Assembly (NCBI GenBank): GCA_946409515.1
Contig: CAMJWS010000001.1
Coordinates: forward strand, 1,557 to 65,556
Length of the DNA stretch: 64,000 nt
From: an uncultured Bacillales bacterium
Lineage (GTDB): Bacteria > Bacillota_I > Bacilli_A > RFN20 > CAG-826
Direction: 5' to 3'
Shown here: positions 20,029-29,602 of the stretch, piece after piece
Position numbering within the stretch: position 1 is the first letter of the stretch
How the letters are laid out: every line of letters starts with the position of its first letter
The notes under the pieces: model-generated
What the model was told of the DNA's origin: nothing
Database searches by the model: none
The model's input: the letters and a program-made list of their open reading frames with translations, nothing else
Made by a program: the position numbers and the translations under genes

Positions 20029-20850
20029 CTACTTATTACTCTTTTGTGACATTAAATAGATTTCATTTTCAAAATCCAAAGACCAGTCATAGCTAGATAA
20101 AAATGTTGCCACATCTTCCTTAATCTTCTTTTTGCCATCTAAGAAGTCATAGTAATCGCATTTGATATTTGTTTTATTAAGAACAAGCATTGCTCTTTTA
20201 AAATCAACGCATGGAAATTGTATTTCTTCTAACGTGCTTCTAAGTCTCCATACAGCGTCTCTATATAGTATTTTCGCTTTATCAAGATCTTTATCAGGCC
20301 ATAAGTATGAAATAGCTTGGTCCATAGTTAAACTTTTGCCGTTTAATGTTAAAAGTAAGGCAAATAGTTCTTTTGATTTGCTAGATGAAAAAGTCACTAT
20401 GTGATTATTAATAAAGCAATCAAATGAACCAAACATTGTCACTTCGAGTTTTGGAATCTTTTTAGATATCATTCTTAAGTCTTTTTCGATAATATCTGTG
20501 GTAAAAGGTTTATAGATAATGTCGATCACATTGTCCACGATTTCTTTAGGCAGGTCTTCCATCTTTGTATTTGTGCCTGTCACATAGACTATTTTGATAT
20601 GTGGATCTTTTGCGATTAATTTTTTCGCTAAAGATATCCCATCAATATTTGGCATATTGACATCTAAAAACGCTCCAGATACTTCGTTATTTGAAACAAA
20701 GTCTAGAATAGCTTTTTCATCATCTTTAAAAAAGCGATACTCTAATTCGATATCCACGATTTGACTTAAAAATAACTGCAACGCTTTGATTTCATCATCA
20801 ACAATAATTACACGCATATTAATTTCCTGCCTTTGGGATGTAAATTTCAA
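20029..20850 (-). CDS. Two-component response regulator: CheY-like receiver plus SARP/BTAD-type winged-helix DNA-binding domain. The likely true start is the Met at 20817 (MRVIIVDDE).
   Basis: Receiver motifs are present (VIIVDDE...D at FLDVNMP...KIVYVTG). The C-terminus (LEVTMFGSFDCFINNHIVTF.SKSKELFALLLTLNGKSLTMDQAISYLWPD...LYRDAVWRLRSTL) matches the SARP N-terminal OmpR-like pattern. The ATG at 20815-20817 lies 1 nt from the kinase stop. Confidence 0.65.
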   Translation of the reverse strand: MKFTSQRQEINMRVIIVDDEIKALQLFLSQIVDIELEYRFFKDDEKAILDFVSNNEVSGAFLDVNMPNIDGISLAKKLIAKDPHIKIVYVTGTNTKMEDLPKEIVDNVIDIIYKPFTTDIIEKDLRMISKKIPKLEVTMFGSFDCFINNHIVTFSSSKSKELFALLLTLNGKSLTMDQAISYLWPDKDLDKAKILYRDAVWRLRSTLEEIQFPCVDFKRAMLVLNKTNIKCDYYDFLDGKKKIKEDVATFLSSYDWSLDFENEIYLMSQKSNK

Positions 20851-22210
20851 TCGAAGTACCTTTGCCTACTTTGCTTTTGACTCTTGTTTTTGCTTTCTGC
20901 AAAAATTCAAATCTTTGAAGAGCGTTACGGATACCATGTGAATCGTGTTGGACATGTTCTTTGGTATCAAAACCCTTACCATTATCCTTAATCATAATAA
21001 TATAGTAGTCATCATCCTCTTCGGTTGATAGCTCGATATAACCGTCTTCTTTGCTTTGAATGCATGAATACTTAATCGCATTTTCAATAAATGGCTCAAT
21101 TGATAGAATTGGCACATCAAAGTCAAAAGAATCGATATTATACAAAATATTTATTGGTTCATCGTTTTGCATATTTGCTAGTTCGACGAAACATTCGATG
21201 TTTTTAATTTCTTCCGTTAAAGGAATCAATAATTTGCCACCTTTTACATCGACATTAGCCCTAATGTGTCTACCGAGCATGTCTATTGCCCTATCGCCTC
21301 TAGCTCTATCCTTTTGGTAGATGCCTTTAATGAGGTTTAGCGTATTGAAAATAAAATGTGGATTTATTTGTTCTTTTAAAATAATAGTTTGTAGCTGTTG
21401 TACCTTTTCTTGGTATTCTTTTTCAGCATATGACTTTCTAAAGAGTCTGATGAGGTAGTCAGAATAAATCATCAAGAATAACGCGAAGACGACGATCATT
21501 GCCCATGATTCAAGACCATATGGGTAATTAGAAAACATTGTGCCAGAACTGGAAGCGACATAAGAACCCGCTAAGCCAAGGAAAATAAGACCCGATAAAA
21601 CGAATACGTTATTAACTCTGCGCTTTCTATGCGCCATAAAGAAGAAAACAAAATAAATAAACAATGCGATGTGAACAATGATAAGCGAACTAATAAATTG
21701 AAGTTTAAAACCAATTAATATTAAATCAATAGTCGCTAAGCTAATTAACAAAATAGCACCTATTTTTTTAACATTAGAAATATCTATCTGATAGTTATTG
21801 CAGTAGAACTTCAAAATCCAATAGGAAGCCGCAAAGAAGGTAATTGAATGCGGAATATCAAAAAAGACAATTGCTATCCAGGAGTCCCATTCTATATGAA
21901 ACGCCCAATCTAATAGATTTATCATATCCCTGCTTGAAGTGATAAAACCAAGTATGAATATAGCGGCATTTAAAGTATTCCTTGTAGCGTTTATATTCGT
22001 AGCCAAAGATGCCGCTTCAACGCAAACGATGAGCGACATTAAAATGACAGCAAACATGGTGACATATCTCGTGCCAACCATAAAGTCATCACTCAATTTA
22101 ACATTTCCGAAAAAGAAAATGGTAAAAAGCGAGCCAGCGGATAACATAACGAGACATGCAATATTTGAAATAATGCGTCTGGCAGTACTGTACATGTTTT
22201 TTCTAACCAT
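20819..22210 (-). CDS. Membrane sensor histidine kinase of the LytS/YehU (His_kinase, PF06580-type) family.
   Basis: Multi-TM N-terminal half. The LKEQINPHFIFNTLNLIKGIY H-box is typical of the LytS-type family, and the C-terminus has a GHKL ATPase (IMIKDNGKGF...GKGTSIEI). The tracked ORF extends to 22270, but its first 20 codons overlap a GC-rich terminator hairpin; a start at 22210 (MVRKN) or 22195 (MYSTAR) is more likely. Confidence 0.7.
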   Translation of the reverse strand: MVRKNMYSTARRIISNIACLVMLSAGSLFTIFFFGNVKLSDDFMVGTRYVTMFAVILMSLIVCVEAASLATNINATRNTLNAAIFILGFITSSRDMINLLDWAFHIEWDSWIAIVFFDIPHSITFFAASYWILKFYCNNYQIDISNVKKIGAILLISLATIDLILIGFKLQFISSLIIVHIALFIYFVFFFMAHRKRRVNNVFVLSGLIFLGLAGSYVASSSGTMFSNYPYGLESWAMIVVFALFLMIYSDYLIRLFRKSYAEKEYQEKVQQLQTIILKEQINPHFIFNTLNLIKGIYQKDRARGDRAIDMLGRHIRANVDVKGGKLLIPLTEEIKNIECFVELANMQNDEPINILYNIDSFDFDVPILSIEPFIENAIKYSCIQSKEDGYIELSTEEDDDYYIIMIKDNGKGFDTKEHVQHDSHGIRNALQRFEFLQKAKTRVKSKVGKGTSIEIYIPKAGN

Positions 22211-22232
22211 AATCAGTTTAAATTCATCTTTA

Positions 22233-22268
22233 CTAAAAAACAAGGCGCGGCCTTGTAATGTCGCGCCC
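22233..22268 (-). terminator. GC-rich Rho-independent terminator ending the rsmE-mtaB operon.
   Basis: The minus-strand read is gggcgcgacattacaaggccgcgcc followed by ttgtttttt. It is an unusually GC-rich hairpin in an AT-rich region. Confidence 0.5.
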
Positions 22269-22522
22269 AAGGAGATGTTTCTTTATAGTAGTGTGTGCTT
22301 ATTCTCCCTTTTTTGCACCATTGTATATGGAAACTAGTATGAATCTCCTCGCCCTATGGACACATATCTCTTCATTATTCGTGTAAAAGATATCAGGTAT
22401 TTGTGTCTGTTCTAATAGGAACACCATTATTATTCACTTCGATATGCTAAAAAAGTGCTAAAGAAAAGAATACATGGAAACTTTTTTATTTTGATAGTTT
22501 AAAAAGAGCCGCTTTATAGCAA

Positions 22523-23797
22523 TCAAAGCATTTCTTTTTGTAGTTTCACTACCTTATATTCCCCTACTTTAGCTTCTGAAGGGATTTTAACTTCTAAATA
22601 GTTACTTGTATGACCAACATAGGCTTGTTGCTTTTCGTCATATTTTTCAATTAAAACAGTGACATTTTGACCAACAAACTTATTCGCATAGGCGTGATAT
22701 AAATCATTAGATAATTCTAATAAACGTTTACTTCTATCCTTTTTCGCTTCAGGAGAGATTTGTCCTTCCATACGAGCGGCCGCTGTACCTGGACGTTGAC
22801 TATATGGAAAGACGTGTAACATATCAAAACATTCTTTACAGAGATTATATGTTTCCATAAAGTCTTCTTCACTCTCTTGAGGGAAGCCTACAATGACATC
22901 ACCAGAGATCATCACATTAGGAACAAGTTTTTTGATTTCCTTGATACGTGACATGAATTGTTCGCGTGTGTATTTACGGTTCATCATCTTTAAAACATGA
23001 TTAGAGCCCGCTTGCAATGGGATGTGCAAGTGTTTAGCTAAGTTATCTTTAGTTTGAATAAGCTTGATTAATTTATCATCAATCTCACTTTCTTCGATAG
23101 AAGAGATTCTTATGCTCTTAAGATTTGGAATATTACTAAGTTCTTCTACAAGGCCACTGAAGGAGCAATCTTTTAAGTCTTGACCATAACCACCGACATG
23201 GATACCAGAAAGAACGATTTCTTGATAGCCTTGTTTAACAAGATATTCTGCTTCTTTGATAATGTTTTCTTTATTTCTAGAACGCATCTTGCCGCGTCTA
23301 TAAGGCACGATACAATATGTGCAGAAATTATTGCAGCCATCTTGAATCTTAAGGAACGCTCTGACGTTTTCACTATAAGAAGTGATACCGAGTTCTTCAT
23401 ATTCAAACTGTCTTGTATTTTCTTCGATTAAGGTTTTGTATTCATGATCCACTAAGGCTTGCTTAATGAGGTCCACCACATCTTTACGATGAGATGTACC
23501 TAAAAGAATTGTAGGCTTAATTTCTTCTTCAATAAATTTATAGTTACCTTGTGCATAGCAGCCCATTACTGCGATAATGGCGTTTGGGTAAAGCTTTTGC
23601 ATTTTACGGATATGTTGACGGCTTTTTTGATCCGCGGTGGCGGTTACTGAACAAGTGTTGATAATAACAACATCTGGATTTTCATTATCTTCTTTAAAGC
23701 CTTCTTTAATAAGTAATGAAGAAATAGCGCTTAGTTCATAAGCGTTAACTTTACAGCCTAAATTGTATGTGGAAAATGTTTTCATAACCTGGCCCAA
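22523..23797 (-). CDS. mtaB: Radical-SAM tRNA methylthiotransferase, MtaB/YqeV-like (likely start MKTFSTYNLGCKVN at 23785).
   Basis: UPF0004 N-domain (TYNLGCKVN...VVIINTCSVT), radical-SAM CxxxCxxC (CNNFCTYCIVP) and a C-terminal TRAM-like region. The gene order downstream of rsmE matches the Firmicute yqeU-yqeV arrangement. Confidence 0.75.
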   Translation of the reverse strand: MGQVMKTFSTYNLGCKVNAYELSAISSLLIKEGFKEDNENPDVVIINTCSVTATADQKSRQHIRKMQKLYPNAIIAVMGCYAQGNYKFIEEEIKPTILLGTSHRKDVVDLIKQALVDHEYKTLIEENTRQFEYEELGITSYSENVRAFLKIQDGCNNFCTYCIVPYRRGKMRSRNKENIIKEAEYLVKQGYQEIVLSGIHVGGYGQDLKDCSFSGLVEELSNIPNLKSIRISSIEESEIDDKLIKLIQTKDNLAKHLHIPLQAGSNHVLKMMNRKYTREQFMSRIKEIKKLVPNVMISGDVIVGFPQESEEDFMETYNLCKECFDMLHVFPYSQRPGTAAARMEGQISPEAKKDRSKRLLELSNDLYHAYANKFVGQNVTVLIEKYDEKQQAYVGHTSNYLEVKIPSEAKVGEYKVVKLQKEML

Positions 23798-24564
23798 TCG
23801 TGGAATCTAATTAAGTGCAATAAGTGACTGGAAATAAAACCATTATCGTATAAAGCATTAATAAAGCCTTCTCTATCAAAATTGAAATAAGCATCCACGA
23901 CTGGTCTAATTCTTTCTAGCATATGCGAATAGGAAGGACGACGTAAATAACGGTCAAATAACACGACAGTACCATCTAATCTACCTTGTTCATTCACAAA
24001 GTAAATGGTGTTAGTGTCGTAATGAAAAAATGCAGTTTCTTTATCTTCTTGTTTGACTTTAACTAGTCTTGAGAAGTGAGAGTTATATAGTTCACTACCA
24101 TATGTATCAAATGGATCCACAACTGTATCTTGGAATTTATCCTTTAATCCAGCATAAGGAGAGGTTAACAACTTTTCTGGTTCATCAAAGTAGATTTGAT
24201 TCAATGAACGTGAGAAGAAAGGAATATAAATCTTCTTTTGGCCTTCTTGATAATATGGTTGTTCAGAAATGATTTCATGGAACGATTTCACAAAGTTAGC
24301 GTGGTTATTCTTGTTATTGGTGTTGATATAACCTTTAAGGTTTTCAGTTTCATTTTCCATTGCTACTTTATTGATATAGCCATATAAAATGACATTAGCC
24401 CTAATAACATTAAAAGGTTCGTCACCTGGTTCATAGAAACTAACAAAACGTGGGATTCTAGTTAAGTGATGACGGTTATCTAAAAAGAAACGATATTCTT
24501 CACTTTGTTCGAAGTCAGTTCTTCTTTTAGCTTTTCTAGCAATGTATCTCAATAACTTTTTCAT
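23782..24564 (-). CDS. Hypothetical 260-aa protein inserted between rsmE and mtaB.
   Basis: Intact ORF overlapping both neighbours by 4-16 nt. No recognisable motif. Confidence 0.4.
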   Translation of the reverse strand: MKKLLRYIARKAKRRTDFEQSEEYRFFLDNRHHLTRIPRFVSFYEPGDEPFNVIRANVILYGYINKVAMENETENLKGYINTNNKNNHANFVKSFHEIISEQPYYQEGQKKIYIPFFSRSLNQIYFDEPEKLLTSPYAGLKDKFQDTVVDPFDTYGSELYNSHFSRLVKVKQEDKETAFFHYDTNTIYFVNEQGRLDGTVVLFDRYLRRPSYSHMLERIRPVVDAYFNFDREGFINALYDNGFISSHLLHLIRFHDWARL

Positions 24565-25274
24565 TTCTCTAATAGATATCCTAGCACACTTAAGGCATAG
24601 ATAGCCGCGGTTTCCGCACGTAGAATACGTTTGCCTAAGGATGTTCTTATAAAACCTTGTTTTACAAGGTTATTAACTTCTTCTTCTGAAAAGCCACCTT
24701 CTGGGCCCACAAGAATGGAGATAGATTTATTCTTTGTAACATCCGCGAAAGCCTCTTTCGTGTCGCCTGCTTCTTTTTCATAAGCAATATAGTTAAGATC
24801 ACTAAAGGCTTCTTTAGGTAGCTGTTTTAAATTATAGACACCAATAAGATTAGGGACTACGAGTCGATGAGATTGTTCACTGGCTTCTTTCATAATCTTT
24901 TGGAAGCGTTGAATCTTCTTATTGATATCTTTATTATCGTATTTCACCACTGTTCTTTCACTTTGGATTAAAGCGATATTCTTAACGCCTAATTCCGTGG
25001 CTTTTTGCACCACTAAATCGATTTTATCACCTTTGGTGAGAGCGAATAATAAAGTGACATCAACGGGTAATTCCACATCACTTTTAAGTTCGTGGACAAT
25101 ATAAATATCAAGAGGATTCACACTCTTGATTTTACATAAATATAGTTTATCGTTAGCGACCGCTTCGATTTCATCATCTTTCTTCATGCGCATAACATGC
25201 AAAAGGTGATGTTCGTCATCTTTAGTTAGTTTGATATGTTCATCATCTAATAAAGAAGCAAAGTAACGTTGCAT
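24561..25274 (-). CDS. rsmE: 16S rRNA (uracil1498-N3)-methyltransferase.
   Basis: RsmE pattern throughout, including the PUA-like N-terminus and the SPOUT C-terminus (ILVGPEGGFSEEE...LGKRILRAETA). Confidence 0.85.
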   Translation of the reverse strand: MQRYFASLLDDEHIKLTKDDEHHLLHVMRMKKDDEIEAVANDKLYLCKIKSVNPLDIYIVHELKSDVELPVDVTLLFALTKGDKIDLVVQKATELGVKNIALIQSERTVVKYDNKDINKKIQRFQKIMKEASEQSHRLVVPNLIGVYNLKQLPKEAFSDLNYIAYEKEAGDTKEAFADVTKNKSISILVGPEGGFSEEEVNNLVKQGFIRTSLGKRILRAETAAIYALSVLGYLLEK

Positions 25275-25714
25275 TAAACAATAAACTCTCCTTCACCATC
25301 TTTAATATCAGGTAAGAAATTATAGACTAGCGCTACAACTGCGTTAATCGCATAGACAATTAAGATAGGAACAATAATTGCGACAGCAATGTGCGCATGA
25401 GCGGCGCAGTAGAATACAGCAAATAAACCACCGATAACAGCAAGGTTAGCGATAAGCCAAATTACACCTAAAATATATTTTTTAATGTAGAAAAATGGTA
25501 AGCCTGTAAAGCCAAGAGAAAAGAAATAAGCAATGAATTTTTTACGACGTCTAAGGACTTTTTGTCCTTCTCTCATTTCACTTAAATCAATTTGAGAAGT
25601 GATTTCAACTGTTTCACTACTTGTGCCTTCTAAAGGATTCTTGATTCCACAGACGGGGCAGAGATCTGTGTCAAATTTGGATAAACGTGCCCCACAGTTA
25701 CGACAATTTGGCAT
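25274..25714 (-). CDS. Zinc-ribbon plus TM2-domain membrane protein.
   Basis: N-terminus CRNCGARLSKFDTDLCPVCG (double Cys pairs), then two hydrophobic helices typical of the TM2 domain (GLPFFYIKKYILGVIWLIANLAVIGG). Confidence 0.55.
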   Translation of the reverse strand: MPNCRNCGARLSKFDTDLCPVCGIKNPLEGTSSETVEITSQIDLSEMREGQKVLRRRKKFIAYFFSLGFTGLPFFYIKKYILGVIWLIANLAVIGGLFAVFYCAAHAHIAVAIIVPILIVYAINAVVALVYNFLPDIKDGEGEFIV

Positions 25715-25909
25715 AATTTTTGGCTCTTTCTACATTCTAGTATTTATTTAAATAAAAAGCACTAATAACTAAATATTTATGTGCTTGGAATTATATTTTA
25801 CTGGTTAGGGTAAGAATAACTCAACAATATTTTAAAAATATTAAATCTTAACTTGCTATGTGAAACTCTTTTCTATATAATTACTTCTTGCTTGCATGAC
25901 AAGCGATTT

Positions 25910-25986
25910 GGCTGGATAGCTCAGCTGGCTAGAGCAATCGGTTCATACCCGGTCGGTCGACGGTTCGAATCCGCCTCCAGCTACCA
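25910..25986 (+). tRNA. tRNA with anticodon CAT (elongator Met, or Ile2 if lysidine-modified).
   Basis: GGCTGGATAGCTCAGCTGGCTAGAGCAATCGGTTCATACCCGGTCGGTCGACGGTTCGAATCCGCCTCCAGCTACCA. Anticodon loop TTCATAC, T-loop TTCGAAT, encoded CCA, G1·U72 wobble. Confidence 0.8.
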
Positions 25987-25995
25987 AATAGTTAA

Positions 25996-26025
25996 TTTAG
26001 AGGTTCGAGTACGAATCTCTTTTTT
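25996..26025 (+). terminator. Rho-independent terminator after the tRNA.
   Basis: gaggttcgagtacgaatctc (8-bp stem with one G·T pair, loop AGTA) followed by ttttttgttt. Confidence 0.5.
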
Positions 26026-26084
26026 GTTTCATTTAAGGTTTCATACATATATTATTGGTAATAAAATAAAAAGAGGACTTTAGT

Positions 26085-28112
26085 ATGAAGCAGTCGATAA
26101 AAAAGTTATTTATGTTTTTGACATTAGCAGGTTTGATTAGCGGTTGTGCTAATCCAATTTCATCTAGTCAAAATAGCAGTATAGATAGTAGCGTGGATAC
26201 TTCTTCTAGTAGCGAATCATCGACTAGTAAGGAAGAAAGCCAAAAAAGTTCAATAAGTGAATCATCGTCTTCATCTTCCAGTTTTTCAATAACAAGTATT
26301 GATACTAATCCTAATAACTGTGATAACCACCAATTAGTGGAAACCATTATTAAAGAGCCAACTCTTTTAGAAAAAGGCATCGTTAATTATCAATGCCCTA
26401 ACTGCGAAATGAACACAAATGGTGACTGCTATGAAATGGACGAATTCGTCTTTGAAGATATGACTTATATGTATGACGGCAATGAACACAAAGTGTTTAT
26501 TGATGGTGTTTTACCATATGGGGTCAAAGTGCAATACGAAAATAACGCTCGTAAAGAATTAGGCGAACAAGAAGCTACCGCAAAGTTCTATGACGATAAA
26601 AACGTTTTCATTTTAGAAAAGAAAGCCAAAATTAATATTATTGAAAATATTGGTTTACCAAACGTGAGAATCACTACAGAAGATGGCGAAGATCCTGACC
26701 ACCATTCTGTTAACGGGGAAAGACCTTATAAGAATATGAATCTCACGATAGATAATTCCCCTATTGCTGAGCAGAACTTTTCTGATAAGCCTGGCGAAAT
26801 CAAAGTTAGAGGTAATAGCACTAACCAAGAATCAGTAGCGAAACGCGCTTTCCGTTTGAAATTATCTAAAAAAGCTAACCTATTAGGTTTAAATGATGGA
26901 TTAGAAGAAAAGAGTTGGGTTTTATTAGCGGACTTCTTTGATCAATCTAGATTCCGTAATGAAACTGCTTTCACTATGGGTAATTCCTTATTTAATTACT
27001 CTGGATTTTATTCTAGCGATTATAAACATGTGAATTTATATATGAATGGTGAAAACCGTGGCGTCTACCTCCTAGCAGAGCAACAGCAAGCTAAAAAAGG
27101 ACGTATTCCAATTAATGAAGCAGATAAGGATTATACAGGCACTGATGTCGGTTATTTGATTGAAATTGATGGACTTGTAACACAACAAGGTCACGTTGAT
27201 TCACAAACTCATATTGGCACATTAGAAGGTGATCCATGCTTCACTACTGGTACCGGTAGCACCGGTGGCTGGGGTGGTCAAGGTGGTACTTCCATCAATG
27301 GTGTCTCTATCCAAGATAAAGGTTACGCTGTTAAAACCGATTGTTATGGTGACGAACAAGTACCATTTATTAGAGACTACATTAACAATGTGTTAAAGGC
27401 CTATAAAGGCTTACTAAAAGGCGAAAGCAATCAAATCGTTGATGAAAACGGTGAACTTAAAGATAGTCCATACACCACTCAATATGAAACATTAAATGCC
27501 TATCTTGATATTGATTCATTTATGAGAATGTATGTCCTTCAAGAATTCTTAAAAGACTACGATGTCGGTTGGGGTAGTTTCTATATGTATGTGGACTTCT
27601 CTAAGAAAAGCACAGTCAAGCGTTTAACAATGTCCGCACCATGGGACTTTGACTTAGGTGTTGGCAGTAAGCAAGGCTCTGGCTCTGGTGGCTGGGGAGG
27701 CTGGGGTGGCCAAGGTGGTTCATCAAACGATAAAGAAATTCCTTCTTCTGGCATTTCTTCTACGAAAGATAATTTCTTAAGTAACAAAGAATATGCTACT
27801 GGTATGACTACCTCTAATCCATGGTTATATATGCTTAGTCAAACAGACTTTTTCCAAAGTATGTTTAAGAAGTATTATTCCATCTTCGCTAACTCCTCTA
27901 TCTTTGAAAAGATGATTAGTAATATTGAATATGAGCGCGTCGCGTTTAAAGATGTTTTTGATGATAACCACACTAGATATGGTAAAGGTTCATCAGGCGC
28001 CACTTTAATGCAAACTAGACAATACGATAACTTTACCGACGCTACGACATATTTATTACGTTGGTTACAAGAAAGAAAAACATATTTAGATAACACTTAT
28101 TTATCAAAATAA
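26085..28112 (+). CDS. CotH kinase-family lipoprotein with a Ser-rich linker and GGWGGQGG glycine-rich repeats.
   Basis: Lipobox LAGLISGC. The segment IKVRGNSTNQESVAKRAFRLKLSKKANLLGL...SWVLLADFFDQSRFRNETAF...VNLYMNGENRGVYLLAEQ matches the CotH core (RGNSS...KKS(Y/F)(K/R)(I/L)K...L.....D.S..R...A......V.LY.NG.Y.GLY.L.E). STGGWGGQGGTS and GSGGWGGWGGQGGSS inserts are present. Confidence 0.65.
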   Translation: MKQSIKKLFMFLTLAGLISGCANPISSSQNSSIDSSVDTSSSSESSTSKEESQKSSISESSSSSSSFSITSIDTNPNNCDNHQLVETIIKEPTLLEKGIVNYQCPNCEMNTNGDCYEMDEFVFEDMTYMYDGNEHKVFIDGVLPYGVKVQYENNARKELGEQEATAKFYDDKNVFILEKKAKINIIENIGLPNVRITTEDGEDPDHHSVNGERPYKNMNLTIDNSPIAEQNFSDKPGEIKVRGNSTNQESVAKRAFRLKLSKKANLLGLNDGLEEKSWVLLADFFDQSRFRNETAFTMGNSLFNYSGFYSSDYKHVNLYMNGENRGVYLLAEQQQAKKGRIPINEADKDYTGTDVGYLIEIDGLVTQQGHVDSQTHIGTLEGDPCFTTGTGSTGGWGGQGGTSINGVSIQDKGYAVKTDCYGDEQVPFIRDYINNVLKAYKGLLKGESNQIVDENGELKDSPYTTQYETLNAYLDIDSFMRMYVLQEFLKDYDVGWGSFYMYVDFSKKSTVKRLTMSAPWDFDLGVGSKQGSGSGGWGGWGGQGGSSNDKEIPSSGISSTKDNFLSNKEYATGMTTSNPWLYMLSQTDFFQSMFKKYYSIFANSSIFEKMISNIEYERVAFKDVFDDNHTRYGKGSSGATLMQTRQYDNFTDATTYLLRWLQERKTYLDNTYLSK

Positions 28113-28180
28113 AAGCACTGATTAATGTTTAATAATGCAAATTACTTGCTTTAATTTATTTAAAGCATATAATTTTTGCC

Positions 28181-29602
28181 ATGTTAAAAAGAATTGCTCA
28201 CATTTTTAAGCCTCGTGATATGACAACAGGAAATATCTTCATCAAGATTATTCTTTTTGCTATTCCTGCGATGCTTACAACGATGATGCAACTCTTATAC
28301 ACCACGATTGACTTAACCACTGTCCATTATGGTGATTCCGCTGAATCAATGGGGGCAATTGCTTCTAACACCGCTCTTATCAATTTGATTGTCATTGTGT
28401 TTGTTGGCGTCTCTTTAGGCGCTAACGTTGTTTTATCAGAAGCTAAGGGAGCGGGCAATCAAGAAAAAGCAAGCAAAGTACTACATACCTCGCTTATTTT
28501 TGCTTTAATATCTGGTTTCTTTGTTGGCGTTTTAGGCTTCTTTATTAGCGATAACTTATTAGAGTTAATGGGCACAGAAGCCCACTATTTCGCTAAAGCA
28601 GCTTTATATTTAAAGATTTATTTCTGTGGTTTACCATTCTTAATGATTTATAACTATGCTGCACAATTATTAAGAGCACAAGGTGATTCAGTTTCTCCGT
28701 TCCTTGCCCTTCTTATTTCTGGCATTATTAACGTTGGTTTTGACTGCTTATTTGTTTTCCCAATGCATATGGGTGTCGCCGGTGTGGCTTTAGCCACGAT
28801 TATTGCGGAAGCGATATCTGCGATTATTTGTGTTTTTGTATTAATTAAAGGCAAACGTAACTATGTTAGTTTAAAGCTAAAAGAATTGAGAATTGATGGA
28901 CCAGTACTTCTTGAAGTACTTAAGATTGGTTTGCCAGCGGGTCTACAAGGTTTCTTCTTCTCTTTGCCAAATGTCTTTATTCAATCATCTTTATATACGA
29001 TTGATCCAGGTAACGTTAATTTAGAAAACGGGGCTAATGCCGCGAGTAATATTGAAGGCTATTTCCATGCGGCTTGTGACGCTATCGCGGTATCCACTAT
29101 GACTTATATCGCCGCCAATATCGGCGCCAAGAAAAAAGAGAATATTAAAAAGAGTATTCTCTATGGTTTAGCTTGGGGCACGATATGTTGCTTGCTCATC
29201 GCTATTATAACTTTGTTATTACATAAGCCACTTTTATCTTTGTTCGTGGACAATGAAGAATCTATTAACGCTGGTTATACTAGACTTGCCTTAATGGGCT
29301 ATCTATATTTCTTTGACTTTGCGATGGGCTTAACCGCCTCGATATTACGTGGCATGAAAAGATCAACTTTCCCAATGATTACCACACTTGTGTTCTGCAC
29401 TGGTTTAAGAATATTGTTGATATTAACTGTTTTCAACAATGTTGAAATGTTCCATACAGTTTTCTGGCTCTATGCTTTATTCCCAATTACTTGGGTATTA
29501 GCCACTATATGTAACACAATTGCAATATTAATTACTCTTCCTAAAGATTTAAGAAAACTTGATGATTCTATTAGAAGAGAACCACTACAACCGCAAGAAT
29601 AA
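28181..29602 (+). CDS. MATE-family multidrug/oligosaccharidyl-lipid/polysaccharide efflux transporter.
   Basis: 12-TM organisation with two tandem MATE halves (TTMMQLLYTTIDLTTVHYG; LPAGLQGFFFSLPNVFIQSS). Confidence 0.8.
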   Translation: MLKRIAHIFKPRDMTTGNIFIKIILFAIPAMLTTMMQLLYTTIDLTTVHYGDSAESMGAIASNTALINLIVIVFVGVSLGANVVLSEAKGAGNQEKASKVLHTSLIFALISGFFVGVLGFFISDNLLELMGTEAHYFAKAALYLKIYFCGLPFLMIYNYAAQLLRAQGDSVSPFLALLISGIINVGFDCLFVFPMHMGVAGVALATIIAEAISAIICVFVLIKGKRNYVSLKLKELRIDGPVLLEVLKIGLPAGLQGFFFSLPNVFIQSSLYTIDPGNVNLENGANAASNIEGYFHAACDAIAVSTMTYIAANIGAKKKENIKKSILYGLAWGTICCLLIAIITLLLHKPLLSLFVDNEESINAGYTRLALMGYLYFFDFAMGLTASILRGMKRSTFPMITTLVFCTGLRILLILTVFNNVEMFHTVFWLYALFPITWVLATICNTIAILITLPKDLRKLDDSIRREPLQPQE

